NCBI GenBank assembly: GCA_964016885.1
Contig: OZ024750.1
Location: 32,426,001-32,490,000, forward strand
Origin: Eledone cirrhosa
Taxonomy: Eukaryota
Direction of reading: 5' to 3'
Length of the DNA stretch: 64,000 bases
A program made the position numbers and the translations under genes. The notes under the pieces were generated by a model. The model saw nothing but the letters and a program-made list of their open reading frames with translations, was not told the DNA's origin and did not search any database. Below are positions 52,530-64,000 of this stretch, piece after piece. How positions within the stretch are numbered: position 1 is the first letter of the stretch; each line of letters starts with the position of its first letter.

Positions 52530-52535
52530 ACTTAC
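52530..52535 (-). promoter_or_regulatory. Consensus 5' splice donor 14 nt after the stop codon
   Basis: Minus strand ...CAATCT|GTAAGT. Confidence 0.6.
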
Positions 52536-52549
52536 AGATTGGCTCACAT

Positions 52550-52653
52550 TCACTGCAATGAACACTTCTCAGTAACCTCCCCCACACTTGCCGCCATTTT
52601 TTGCGGCAATTCCGAGACTTTGGAGGTGAGATCACTTAAGTTTGTAGGGAATT
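52550..52653 (-). CDS. cpx: Last coding exon of a complexin (synaphin)-like gene
   Basis: Polypyrimidine acceptor TTTTCATTTTTTTCCAG, phase 1, then FPTNLSDLTSKVSELPQKMAASVGEVTEKCSLQ*, ending in a CAAX prenylation box. It closely resembles my recollection of the squid complexin/synaphin C-terminus (not checked by search). Upstream exons lie beyond the window. Confidence 0.8.
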
Positions 52654-52918
52654 CTGGAAAAAAATGAAAAGAAGCAAAAAATCACCACATTAGACTACAT
52701 TTACAATAAATGTTTAACGTTTTTTTTTTCAGTTTTTATAGCTTTTAAAGCACACATATGATATACACAATTACAAACAAAACAAGAACAGAATTGCAAT
52801 GGCAGATACCCAAAATATAACAATGCAAACATACCAACTAAAAATTCTAACATTACTACCAAGTTATAAATAAATGCAATGTAAGCTTTTCATCAGCAAT
52901 CATGCAATAAAATAAAAT

Positions 52919-52951
<33 letters not shown>

Positions 52952-53061
52952 ATATATATATATATATACACATATATATATATATATATACACACATATA
53001 TATATATATAGAGAGAGAGAGAGATAGATAGATATATAGATATAGATATATAGATATATAC

Positions 53062-53124
<63 letters not shown>

Positions 53125-55439
53125 CATTCAAAACGAAATACTCAAAAATAGAACAGAAATTGACAACATAAATATCTTATGATAAATTTCTGAATAAACA
53201 AGCAAACCTTGAATATATAATGGAAAGAGAAACTTGTTTTAATAAATGCCAGGAAAGCTCATTTCCTAAAATATTTTAAATTCATTGAATTAGTTGTTTG
53301 TAAAATAGGAATCATTATATTGATTTACTTATAGGAATCAAACTTTAAGTAGACAACACACAAGCTGAATAGAGAACGGTTAAAATCCATAAATTAACTG
53401 TAAATGACCATAACAATAGTTGATCACTATAAATAATTGTGGAGAAAATAATTGGGAACATACCCATGAAGATGGAAAAAAGGGATATTTTACCCCATTT
53501 TCCCAATTGTTATTTATAGGGATCAACTGTTTTTATGGATATTTAATCATTGGAGTGACTATGTTTCAAATTTCAAACTTTTCCAATGCTTCTTAAGTCA
53601 ATGTTTATGAACCTTGTTGTATTTACGAATCAAAATATTGAGAAAAAGAAAAGAAATAATACATAATTCAGAGACACGTTTCAGTCTTTCTAAATGTTGA
53701 TAAACGTTTTCGACTGAATCGTTGGTTTATACAAGTCATAGAAGTGTTGGCATGATGGTACATATGATAAATGTGATTACCAGTATGTAATCTGAATAAT
53801 TTGTGTAAATAGTTATAACAGTAATTGCTTGTTATATAATATTGATATTTCATATAACTTCACAAATATAAATATATTCCAGAGAAAACTTAAAAACAAT
53901 ATGGTATATCATCCACAGAGTTATTTTATTTCAATGCAATTAAATTAGTGGGCAGATGCGTGTTTTTAATTACATGTTTTCGTTTTTGTACAATCAATAC
54001 TAAAACTTTTCAATAGGAGATGATTATTGATATTAGAACATTTTCTTCAATAATAATGCATAACACAAAAGCAAGCAAACCTCTTTCTAAATTAAAATGT
54101 CCGTAGTTTATCAAGAATTTCTAAAGAACATTGTGGTATTTAAATTAACTTTGCTTTAAAATTCCTTCATAATTCTACTTAAATTTCAGTCCCTTATCTG
54201 CTCTTAAAACTTTTATTAAACACTTCGCATCTTTTGTATGAAAACGAATGTAATTATTGAGAAACAAAAATGCAAAACGATAAACAATTATTACAATATA
54301 TTTTAAGATAGAAATATAATTGATTACTAGTAAAGTTTTTCAATGTACTATTATGAGTTGTCTAATAGCATTTAATCTTAAATAGTTTAATAACAGATGT
54401 GATTGGAAACTTCAGAGTATTCAATTAAATAGTAAAAGCTAGACTAACATTTATGTAATTCTCATGGACGAAAAAATAGATTGCAGCACAGAAATACATT
54501 TTCTTATCAAAGCTCAATCAAGGAAGCCCACATATATAATGAGTTTACAAGCATAGAAATAATTCAATAAAAAAATAGATTCAAAACAAGAACAATAAAT
54601 GTTGTGATGATTGTACGTTTAAATGATCTTATGATGTATACTTTCATTTGTAATGTGATTATTTTAAAGGAAATTTTAGAAAAGTAAAAGCTAAATAATA
54701 GATTTGAAATATATATTATTTTGAACCTATAATATGGTTTTCCAGATTACTATATACAACTATATATATATATATATATATAGCAAGGGTAAAACAATAT
54801 ATAACTCAATTTGTATATAAAGAGTTATATATGAGAGTATATAATTGCTAAGTATTTTAGAATTAGCTCAATGTGTTTATGCATTATTGGTTGGAAGAAT
54901 AAAAAATGTTTTTAAGGAAAGATTTATGGAATGTAAACTCAAATGCTTATATTTTTTTTTTGTTTAACAAACAAGAGAAAGTGATATTCAAATAGCAATA
55001 TTGATAGGAAGGTAAACAACCAATAAACAACAAAGGATGTTGATGATGATGATGTTTATTTGTACATTGCTTCTCTGAGTTTCTGGCAAAAAATGTTCCC
55101 CTAATAGATTACATTAAGAGGGGGACTTTAAATAGCAATGAAGTGAATCCTGACTTTTGTACAAATACTTAGAGACAGAATCTTATATTATAATAATGTC
55201 TTTCTTTAGTTATATATATATACATGCATAACATTTAGATAAATAAAGGACTGACTTTGTTCAGTAGAGAGAATTTGGAAATGAGCAAATGTTGATCACC
55301 TCTGATAGCTTAACAATCTGCAGCCATATGCGACGGTATATATGCATGTATGTATGCAGACATTTATGTATGTTCATACCTAAATAAGTATATATGTATG
55401 TATATATGTATGTGTGTATGTATGTACATATGTATGTAT

Positions 55440-55988
55440 CATGGTCGGGTCATTGGCAACTAAACTGGCAACCCCACCAAGGTTTCTTGGTGAGGAGGGT
55501 GACTTTGGACATCCTGCAGGACTAAAAACAAAACCTGTCAAAGGGCAAAGGAGCTCTTAAGAGTCAATGGCCATCCAAAATCACCGGGAGAGAGGACCAC
55601 TTAGCCTCTGTCAAGGCAGAATTCTAGAAGAAGGAAAACTCTGATATAACACCTGCAACTCTGATGGTATCCAATGATGTTGACTTGTTCTTCTTTTTGG
55701 TAAATATCATCTTGGTTAAGAGAGTGGGACTGGCTTTGTGCAGTGCCTTTGCTCACTATAAAAGCTTCACGGCACAGGCATTGCTTTATATCTGGAGATC
55801 TCTCTGCACTTGTCGTCACATGGGCCCAGCACTATGTGTCAATAATTGTCACAAGTGTAGTGTTTGTACCACAGTTTTCAAGTCGCTGGCTGGACTAAAA
55901 TGTCATACTCGTTCAGCGCATCGTAAAGGGTTCTCCTACATGGATATAAAGTAGTGGCCATACTCGAAAACGAGTTGGCAGCCACCAT
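55440..55988 (+). mobile_element. Internally deleted (bipartite) RTE-derived non-autonomous element
   Basis: 5' part has RTE-leader-like AGAAGGAAAACTCTGAT; 3' part encodes the C2H2-like HKCSVCTTVFKSLAGLKCHTRSAH and ends in hairpin GTGGC..CTCG-AAAA-CGAG..GCCAC; flanked by (TATG)n. Confidence 0.6.
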
Positions 55989-56219
55989 GTATGTATGTGT
56001 GTATACATGTGTGTGTGTATCTATATATTTATATAAATTTATATATGTATACATATAAAGTGCACAACTGAGACTGCACAATGTATATGAATATACACAT
56101 TTGTAATATGTAGACATGTGAACACAATATACCAGAAAATATGAATTTCTCTATGAATTGAAAAACATTATAAACACCTTTCACCGACTTTCTTACTTAA
56201 TACACACACGCACACACAC

Positions 56220-56427
56220 ATCATCATCATCATCATCATTTCATTTTACGTCCGTATTTCCCTGCTTGCAAGGGTGGCACGAGAACAGATTCTTGCTTGA
56301 TTTCTACAGCTGGATGCCCTTCATGCCCTTCCTAACACCAACCTCATTTACAGTGAGTGCTGGGTGCTTTTTTGCCAGGCGCCTCCACGACCACTTTGCA
56401 GTGGAATGATAGGGACACCAGTCCCCA

Positions 56428-56428
<1 letters not shown>
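56220..56428 (-). mobile_element. SINE family 2, 3' portion
   Basis: Reverse complement of 62225-62405 with an (ATG)n tail; truncated at (TA)n. Confidence 0.85.
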
Positions 56429-56465
<37 letters not shown>

Positions 56466-56485
56466 ATGTATATATATATACATGA

Positions 56486-56570
<85 letters not shown>

Positions 56571-57324
56571 ATATATATATGTGTCTGTGTGTGTGTGTGT
56601 CTTTTAACGCATCTCTTTCTCTTGTATAGCTCATCAGATTGAAAAAAAAATGACTGAAACATGTAAATAATAGAATATATATATATATATTATACATTTT
56701 ATCATTTTATCAATTCTCTCTAATGTATATAAGTGCTATGCGTCGCTGTTGGAAAATTGTATATATTTAAAATCTGAGATTTTTGCAGGAACATTGATAA
56801 AATATTTGAGCAAAGGAGATATTTCTGTTGAGAGGAATATGGCAGGAAGTAGATGTTATGAACTCAGAAAAAAAAATGACATTTATATTGAGATATAGCA
56901 GCAAAACAGAACATTTATGTTTTAATATAATTAGAGTTTTAAACAAATTAGAACTCTGGATAGCTATGAAAATAAGAAGCTGTAGTTGGGAAGCCAGTAA
57001 AATGCCATTCAATAAGAATGTATATAAATGTCAATTACTTCAGAATTTATAGGGTCTGTTGTGTATGTTTCATAAAAGTTAAACATACATTTAAATCTAG
57101 ATAGTGGTTACATACTTCAACAACTTACACATTAATTTGTTCACCTTTTCCTAACTCTTACTTCATAGAAACTCTGAATCCTATGTTTAACGTATTAATA
57201 TAATATAATATCTAGTGAATAAAACATAATTAGCTGTTTCAACAAGTACAAGGATAAACATATTTATCTAAACAAGCATAGACATTAATTTAAATAAAGA
57301 TAGGGAGAATAAAATATATTATAA

Positions 57325-57810
57325 ATGAGGTCAGCGTGGAAGTTGGATCTTCAAAAACACCTGAAGATCCATCTTTTCATCGTCACAATGGAGTCTGGGC
57401 TGATATACAGGTATGAGACTTTGACATTGACCAAGGGACTCATTCAGATAGTGAATGAGTGCTACATGAAGATGCTGAGAATGGCTCTAAACATTATCCA
57501 ATATGTACTGAGGATGAAGAATTCAGAGTTGTAAAGGAACCTTCTAAAAGTCAGCTTGAAAATGAAGCGGGGGAGACTGAGGTTAGCTGGACATGCTCAG
57601 TGACATTCAGTGCTGACACTGCACTCAATGGTCCTGTGTGAGCTCCTACTTGGATACACAGGAAGAGGGAGACCAAGAATGACATATGGTGATACTATAA
57701 GGGTAGACATTGGTCTGTAGAAGACACAGGACATAGTGGTAATGATGTAGGGCAGAGACACCTGGAGAGAACTCATCCATGGATCTCAGAAATGATACCC
57801 ACCCTAATAA
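57325..57810 (+). mobile_element. Decayed RTE-clade LINE 3' fragment
   Basis: Translates ...KIHLFIVTMESGLIYRYETLTLTK...CYMKMLRMALNI...RLRLAGHA...GRGRPRMTY; same family as 12840-12988. Confidence 0.8.
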
Positions 57811-58402
57811 AATAATAATAAAATAAATGAATATATTATAGATTGTAATAAAGTTTTCTGTATGTCTTTGTGTTCACATAAAGTAAGAAGAGATATGGAT
57901 AGATGTGTGAAATTTCAGAAATTCATGAGTTTATGGATTTCGTTTTAGGAAGGACATTCAGTCAGAGAAAGCTTGCCAAGCAAAGGATTGAGAGGACTTT
58001 TCAGTTGTCAAATACATGACACCCTCTATTGTGCACTCAGTAGATCATGTGACCATATGTAAGTGAGAAGCAGATCCCTGGTCTGTCTGGTAGGTCAGTA
58101 GCTCTGCTTCAGTAATGATTTGATCTGTGTAGATTCATCCAACCCTTGCTAGAAGGAAAGGCAGGTGTTAAAACGATAATAATGTTGGTGATGATGATGA
58201 TGATGATGCATTTATATCACATTTTGTGAGGTGAGATCGAACCTCAACCTTTTAAAAGGTGTAAAGTTTTCTAACCACTCAGATACACCTGAGATATGAT
58301 GTAAAATAGGAAGTATTCCCTTTTACTATTTATATAAAACATTTGTGCACAATTCCTTATGTCTTCCATACATTAATGGTTTCATTATTACTCTGAGCAT
58401 AA

Positions 58403-58626
58403 GGGCGGTGGATTGGCAGTATCGGTAGAGAGTCGGATACCATGCTTTGCAGCATAGAGTTACGGCCCTTTATTGTCTGAGTTCAAATCCCGCCAAGGTT
58501 AACTTTGCCTTTCATCCTGACGGGGTCGATAAAATAAAGTACCAGTCTCGCACTGGGGTTAATTTAATCGATTTTCCCTTCCCCCAATATTGCTGGCCTT
58601 GTGCCTATATAAGAAACCATTATTAC
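58403..58626 (+). mobile_element. SINE family 1, long subfamily, full length
   Basis: TSD CATTATTACTCT.AGCATAA at about 58384 and 58618. Confidence 0.92.
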
Positions 58627-59248
58627 TCTAAGCATAAATATATTATTAAGATTCTCAACACAACTTTCATACAATTCATTCATAACACTATTTTTTTTCC
58701 TGCAATATATATGTCTAAAATTTCATATTTTAGAATTTAAGAAAGTTATGTATATAATTTATTTATCTTAATTCATTCAGCTTTATTCTAAGAAAATATA
58801 ATTTAATGTAATTTTTATTAGTTTTATGATATTTCATTAAAAAAGAAGTAATCAGATATCTAGTTACATAGCAAAATATTATACATCTTCATCTCTGTTT
58901 TTAAATATTTTAATTTTCGACACCTTCGGTTAGAATATTATAAACAGCATTTTTAAAGACTAGTTATATTTTTTAATTTATTCTTTATATAACAAATGAG
59001 ATAAATTTATTATTGATATAACTATAAATTATTCATACAGAAAAAGAAAGCAGTATTGGAAAGAATTATAAATGCCACAAATGATAGGTAGAAGAGGGAA
59101 ACAGCAAGGACTATTAGGCAGAGGAAGAAACAAAAGGAGAAGATGATGGTTGACAGATTCCACACCTAACTCAGAGTGGTGTTTCAGCTGCATCCCACAG
59201 AGAAAATGGTAAACTAATCATCAGAAAGACTTATTATTAAACTATTAT

Positions 59249-59437
59249 GGCGGTGAATTGGCAGTATCGGTAGAGGCTTGGACGCCATGCTTTCTAGCAT
59301 AGTTACGTCCCTTTACAGTCTGAGTTCAAATCCCGCCGAGGTTAACTTTGCCTTTCATCCTTACGGGGTCGATAAAATAAAGTACCAGTAATGTACTGGA
59401 TAATTGCTGACCTTGAGCCTAAAGTAGAAACAATTAT
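59249..59437 (+). mobile_element. SINE family 1, short subfamily, full length
   Basis: Consensus match from head to tail. Confidence 0.92.
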
Positions 59438-59765
59438 TAATCTATATATATATATTATTAATCTATTATAGAAGTGGTTTTTAGTTAGTGGTTATTCAAT
59501 ATTGTTTATATTAACTGTTAATCAATTCTCTATAAATTAACAATCAAATTTTAAGAGAATAATTATGGAATAAAAAAAATCTAAACCTTCAATATTGATG
59601 TAGATTTCTTATCGAAAGTTAATAAACAATACAAACAAGAAATGTTTATATTTCAAAGTAAATATTAATATGCAGATATGTAAACAGAATTGTTTTTATT
59701 TGTTTCAAGATTCATTATTTCAAATAAAATATTAAGACTACATATATATATATATATATATAACC

Positions 59766-59815
59766 AACTGATTCTGGTTATATATATATATATATATATA
59801 TAACCAGAATCAGTT
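59766..59815. repeat. Perfect 50-bp palindrome centred on (TA)n
   Basis: AACTGATTCTGGTTA-(TA)10-TAACCAGAATCAGTT. Confidence 0.9.
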
Positions 59816-60670
59816 CTCGTATGTGCAAGACATGGTCAGCCGACAGGACACTGCCCACAACAGGACAACCCGTCTAACCCATGCTAGAACAGACATAAAA
59901 CGGTGATGATGATGATGATGATGATGATATATATATATATACATATACACATATATATATATATACGCATACATTAAGTTATTCCTTTATCTGGCAATTA
60001 CATTCTATAAGTCTATTTCTCTACTTTCTTTTGAGAATTAATAATATGATTCTACATTTAATATATATATATATGTGTGTGTGTGTGTGTATGTGTCTGT
60101 GTGTGTCTGTGTGTGTCTATTTATTTATTTACATACATGTATATATGCATACACACACACATATATATATTAAAATGAAATAGTTTTTCACTATTTGTTC
60201 CGTGATTGACTGCTTGCTACATTCTTTAGTGTATATGTATCATGTATCATGTATCAGTATTAGGACAGTAAATTAAATTATAAAAGTAACTGCTACATGT
60301 ATTTGTTGGATTTATATAGAAAAAAACAGGAAATTATTTGCAGGATTGTGAGAAAAAATATATAGAATTATTTAGAACTTAAATGGAATTGATATGTGCT
60401 TTAAAAGAACCATCAATAATTCCAAACATGAGCAAATGCTGAATGTAATATCTTGCTTTTGTTTTGCAATGTTTTCCAAATAAAGTAAATACAAACATTT
60501 GATTTTAAAAAAAAGTATTTTTTAAAATGACATTCTCTTAAAGTGAATATAAAATTACTAATAAATAAATACCTAAAACAAGAAAAGAACAAAAAATGTT
60601 AAGCCATATACAAAAAGGTACTTATTTCATCTTCTCTCTCTCTTTCTCTCTATATATATATATATATATA

Positions 60671-60721
<51 letters not shown>

Positions 60722-60817
60722 ATGGAAGCAGTAAAAATCCGTTAGACCATTACTCACGAGAGTACTCGATACTAGGGGTAGTAGAGTGGGTAAAATGAAA
60801 GATTCTGGAGCAAATAT

Positions 60818-60850
<33 letters not shown>

Positions 60851-61334
60851 GAATTGAAGGAAAATATAAGAGAACAGTCTGATTTAGATGTTCTTGAAAT
60901 GAAAACCTGCTTGGTATTTGAAAACCTGTTCATTTTTGAATTGGAGTATTCTTCTTTCTTTCGAAAATAGAGAGATTTTTTTTTTTTTTTTTTTGTTAAA
61001 AAAATCTATATTTGTTCCTGTAAATTATCTTAAATGTATCCAAATTCAATTGGTTTTCTAACCCGATTCCATACAGAACTTCTTCATAATATGATGATGT
61101 TTCATATTTTAAAACACTGCTCTTTTCTGGTTGAAAATACTTCCTGTTTCTAATATTACAAGGCATAGACACAAAAGTCACATCTCTGAAAAATTGAACA
61201 CATTTATTTCTGTGGGGAAATAATTGAGAGAAAAAGAGTAGCTTGTTACAATTCTGTTTTGTGTATCAGTATTGTGTGTTCAAATGTCCCTTGTGATGTC
61301 TTTGCCTTTGTTGTAGTTGTTGTTGTTGTTGTGG

Positions 61335-61835
61335 TTGTTTAGCTCCAGATCAGTCTTGATCTGGAGCTAAACTTCTTGTGATATGCATTCCAGCCATAAC
61401 CATTCCAAATTTTCCCAGACATAATGTATATAAGATTACATTATCGAGTCTGTCTACCCGACATAATGTATATAATACCACATTATCCAGTGTGTCTTTC
61501 TGACATAGTACATATAATATCACATTATCTAGTGTCTCCAGCAGACAAAATATATATTGTACTGCATTATCTCCTATGTCTATCAGACATAGTATTTATA
61601 GTACTATAATATCTAGTGTATCTATCAGACATAGTACATACAGTACTACATTATTCAATGTGTCTATCATACATAATGTATATAGTATTATATTATCCAG
61701 TGTCTCTCTGACACAGTACATATAGTATCACATTATCTGATGTCCTCTAACTTTTTGAAGACTTGTATATGATTTGAGGAAGATTTAGCAGTTATTTTTA
61801 GAAATTCATATGATCATGTAGAGGCTCTCTTACTG
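61335..61835. mobile_element. SINE-like family 3 copy with internal 42-bp tandem expansion
   Basis: Right end TGATTTGAGGAAGATTTAGCAGTTATTT...TAGAGGCTCTCT is homologous (inverted) to 38745-38820; (GTT)n at the left end. Confidence 0.55.
61418..61748. repeat. Diverged 42-bp minisatellite, 8 units
   Basis: GACATA..TA.ATA.AGTA..ACATTATC.AGTGT.TCT..C; starts at 61418, 61460, 61502, 61544, 61586, 61628, 61670 and 61710. Confidence 0.88.
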
Positions 61836-61873
61836 GCTTACTTTATTATATGTTATCCCAATGATATGAATAA

Positions 61874-61984
61874 AATAATTGTTTCTACTTTTGGCACAAG
61901 GCCAGCAATTAACCAGTACATTACTGGTACTTTATTTTATCGACCCCGTAAGGATGAAAGGCAAAGTTAACATCGACGGGATTT
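61874..61984 (-). mobile_element. SINE family 1, 5'-truncated
   Basis: Consensus match. Confidence 0.88.
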
Positions 61985-62151
61985 AATAATACTAGTAATA
62001 TACTGCAAAAGACTGTGGTGGTAAGAATCTCTCAGGAAAGCTGGATAGAAGGTCTTTACAGAAGCAACCCTCACTCAAGTAAGTGCTTCAATCCTTATAT
62101 ATATATATATATACATACATATATATATGTATATATATACATACGTATATA

Positions 62152-62405
62152 TGTGTTGTTTCCTTGAGCAAGACACTTTATTTCACATTGCTCCAGTTTA
62201 CTCAGCTGTAGAAATGAGATGATAGGGACTGGGGTCCCTATCATTCCACTGCAAAGTGGTTGTGGAGGTGCCACGGCAAAAAAGCACCCAGCACTCACTG
62301 TAAATGAGGTTGGTGTTAGGAAGGGCATCCAGCTGTAGAAATCAAGCCAGAATCAGTTCCTGTCCCACCCTTGCAAGCAGGGAAAAGCGGACGTAAAATG
62401 ATGAA
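62152..62405 (+). mobile_element. SINE family 2, head replaced by (TA)n
   Basis: GTTTCCTTGAGCAAGACACTTT core, GGTTGGTGTTAGGAAGGGCATCCAGCTGTAGAAA domain and GGACGTAAAATGATG tail. Confidence 0.85.
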
Positions 62406-62884
62406 AATATATATGATGGACTCTCCCATCATATTAAATTAATTAAGACCTTCATCAACAAAAGAAAGTCATGGGCTTACCGAATCCTTATTGTGTAACA
62501 TAGTATGTCTTGTGTGTTACTGAAAACAGAAATATTTGTAAGTAATCTTTACCCTGGAAATAAAAAAATTACTTAATTCCTTAATTATAAAATCATAGTT
62601 CCTTTATATCTATAAATAAATAAACTCGAAATTCTACTAAGTACAAAAATACTAAAAATGGTCCCTTGAAAATCAATGTAGAAATATAATGTTTAATATT
62701 CATAAATCTGATCAAGACTGGTTAGCCTGTGACTCCACATCAATTTAAAATATTCAATCATGTTTCCATCCTCATGTGTCAATCCCCTCTTTAAATTTCT
62801 GACGGTGTTTCAGTGTGTATATTTTGTATGCTTTATATTCATATACTGGTTCATAAATATGAACTACATTTAATGAATTATGTT

Positions 62885-63095
62885 ACTCATTTTGGCAAAA
62901 GGCCAACAATTTTGGGAGAGGAAAAAGTCGATTAAATCAACCGTAGTGTGTTACTGGTACTTTATGTTATCGACCCTGAAAGAATGAAACGCAAAGCAAA
63001 CGCCAGCAAGATTTGAACTCAGAATGTAAAGCAATGTAACTATACGCTGCAAAGCATTTTGCTTAACATTCAACCGATATTGCTAATCCACCACC
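62885..63095 (-). mobile_element. SINE family 1, long subfamily, diverged
   Basis: Core match. Confidence 0.82.
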
Positions 63096-63344
63096 CGGTT
63101 TGTGGTAATAATAAGAATTTGTCTTCAAAGGATCACATGAGAGAGGAACAACTATAATGGGAGGTTGATGAATTACAAAGTGTCCACAAACGTTTTGACA
63201 AATTGTTTTTTATATATTATATGAAAGTGTTTAAACTGTTCTGAAAATGAAACAAAGAGAAATGATACATCCAGTTTCTTTTCATTCACAATGATAATGT
63301 CCATTAATCATTCTAATTACAAAAGTTTGTCTTCAGACACAATC

Positions 63345-63530
63345 TAATAATGATTTCTATTTTAGGCACAAGGTCAGCAATTTGAAGGGGAGAGGAAAGT
63401 CGGTTAAATCAACCCCAGTGTATTTATTTTATCGACCCTGTAAGTATGAAAGGCAAAGCTAACCTCCACAGGATTTGAACTCAGAATGTAATGGGCCATA
63501 ACTCTATGCTGCAAAGCATAGTGTCCGATG
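63345..63530 (-). mobile_element. SINE family 1, long subfamily
   Basis: Core match. Confidence 0.82.
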
Positions 63531-63778
63531 GTGGGAATAACATTACATTCTGCTCCAAAATTAGAGATTGTTTTGCTTTTATATAAACTAAAACAAAACA
63601 TTTTTAACTATATAGGGACATTTGACTCAATTGAAAAGTGTTTTCCTAAACATATTTAGATATGTAACCTGGTTGATTTTCTTCTTACCAAAATTGTTAA
63701 TAACATTTTTTCTGCAGGTAATAACCTAGGTCCATTGATCTATCATGCTCAAAATAACTATGGTCTAATACCAGGTCT

Positions 63779-64000
63779 AATACCCCTTTACAATTTAAAC
63801 CCGCCATATCTGGCCAGAATTCTCTAACCTCTTTCTGTTCAAACCAGCTGTAATCAGTCGCTTATACTGATGTTAAGGTATTGTTCTCAATATAAATATT
63901 ATCAAAATGTCATAGCTTTCATATTATGTAAGAAAATTATGTGAGGTCAAGCCTTTATTGTGAAAATATAATAGTATATATAGAGTAATGTAAATGTTCA
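63779..64000. mobile_element. Possible non-autonomous DNA transposon (MITE) left part
   Basis: Start ACCCCTTTACAATTTAAACCCGCCATATCTGGCCAG resembles my recollection of an abundant octopus MITE end; partner end not in the window. Confidence 0.3.

Overview
Eukaryotic, very AT-rich animal DNA, most likely from an octopod cephalopod. This is inferred from the SINE families, the huge (TA)n tracts and a complexin/synaphin-like exon. Almost all long entries in the ORF track are Y/I/C/M-rich read-throughs of (TA)n microsatellites, not genes. Supported content: (1) one host coding exon on the minus strand (52550-52653), encoding a complexin-like C-terminus ending in the CAAX box CSLQ and followed 14 nt later by a GT donor; (2) a young, 5'-truncated CR1-type LINE with an uninterrupted RT ORF, inserted in (TA)n (13394-15647); (3) over 20 copies of a tRNA-derived SINE, many with target-site duplications, two further SINE-like families, several RTE LINE fragments, an internally deleted RTE, two minisatellites and a 28S rRNA fragment. 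The main hunt result is at least seven short non-coding cassettes, each embedded in (TA)n. They belong to several sequence-unrelated families but share one architecture: a type I hammerhead ribozyme motif (CUGANGA...GAAA...UH with pairable stems I-III), a fold-back inverted duplication (perfect or near-perfect palindromes of 141 and 427 bp in two cases) and a one-sided tail, often carrying a YGAGTDC motif. They look like microsatellite-targeted, non-autonomous Penelope-like pLTR/ribozyme elements. One well-formed ribozyme palindrome lies inside the inferred complexin transcription unit. All structures were folded by eye; no database search or activity test was possible.
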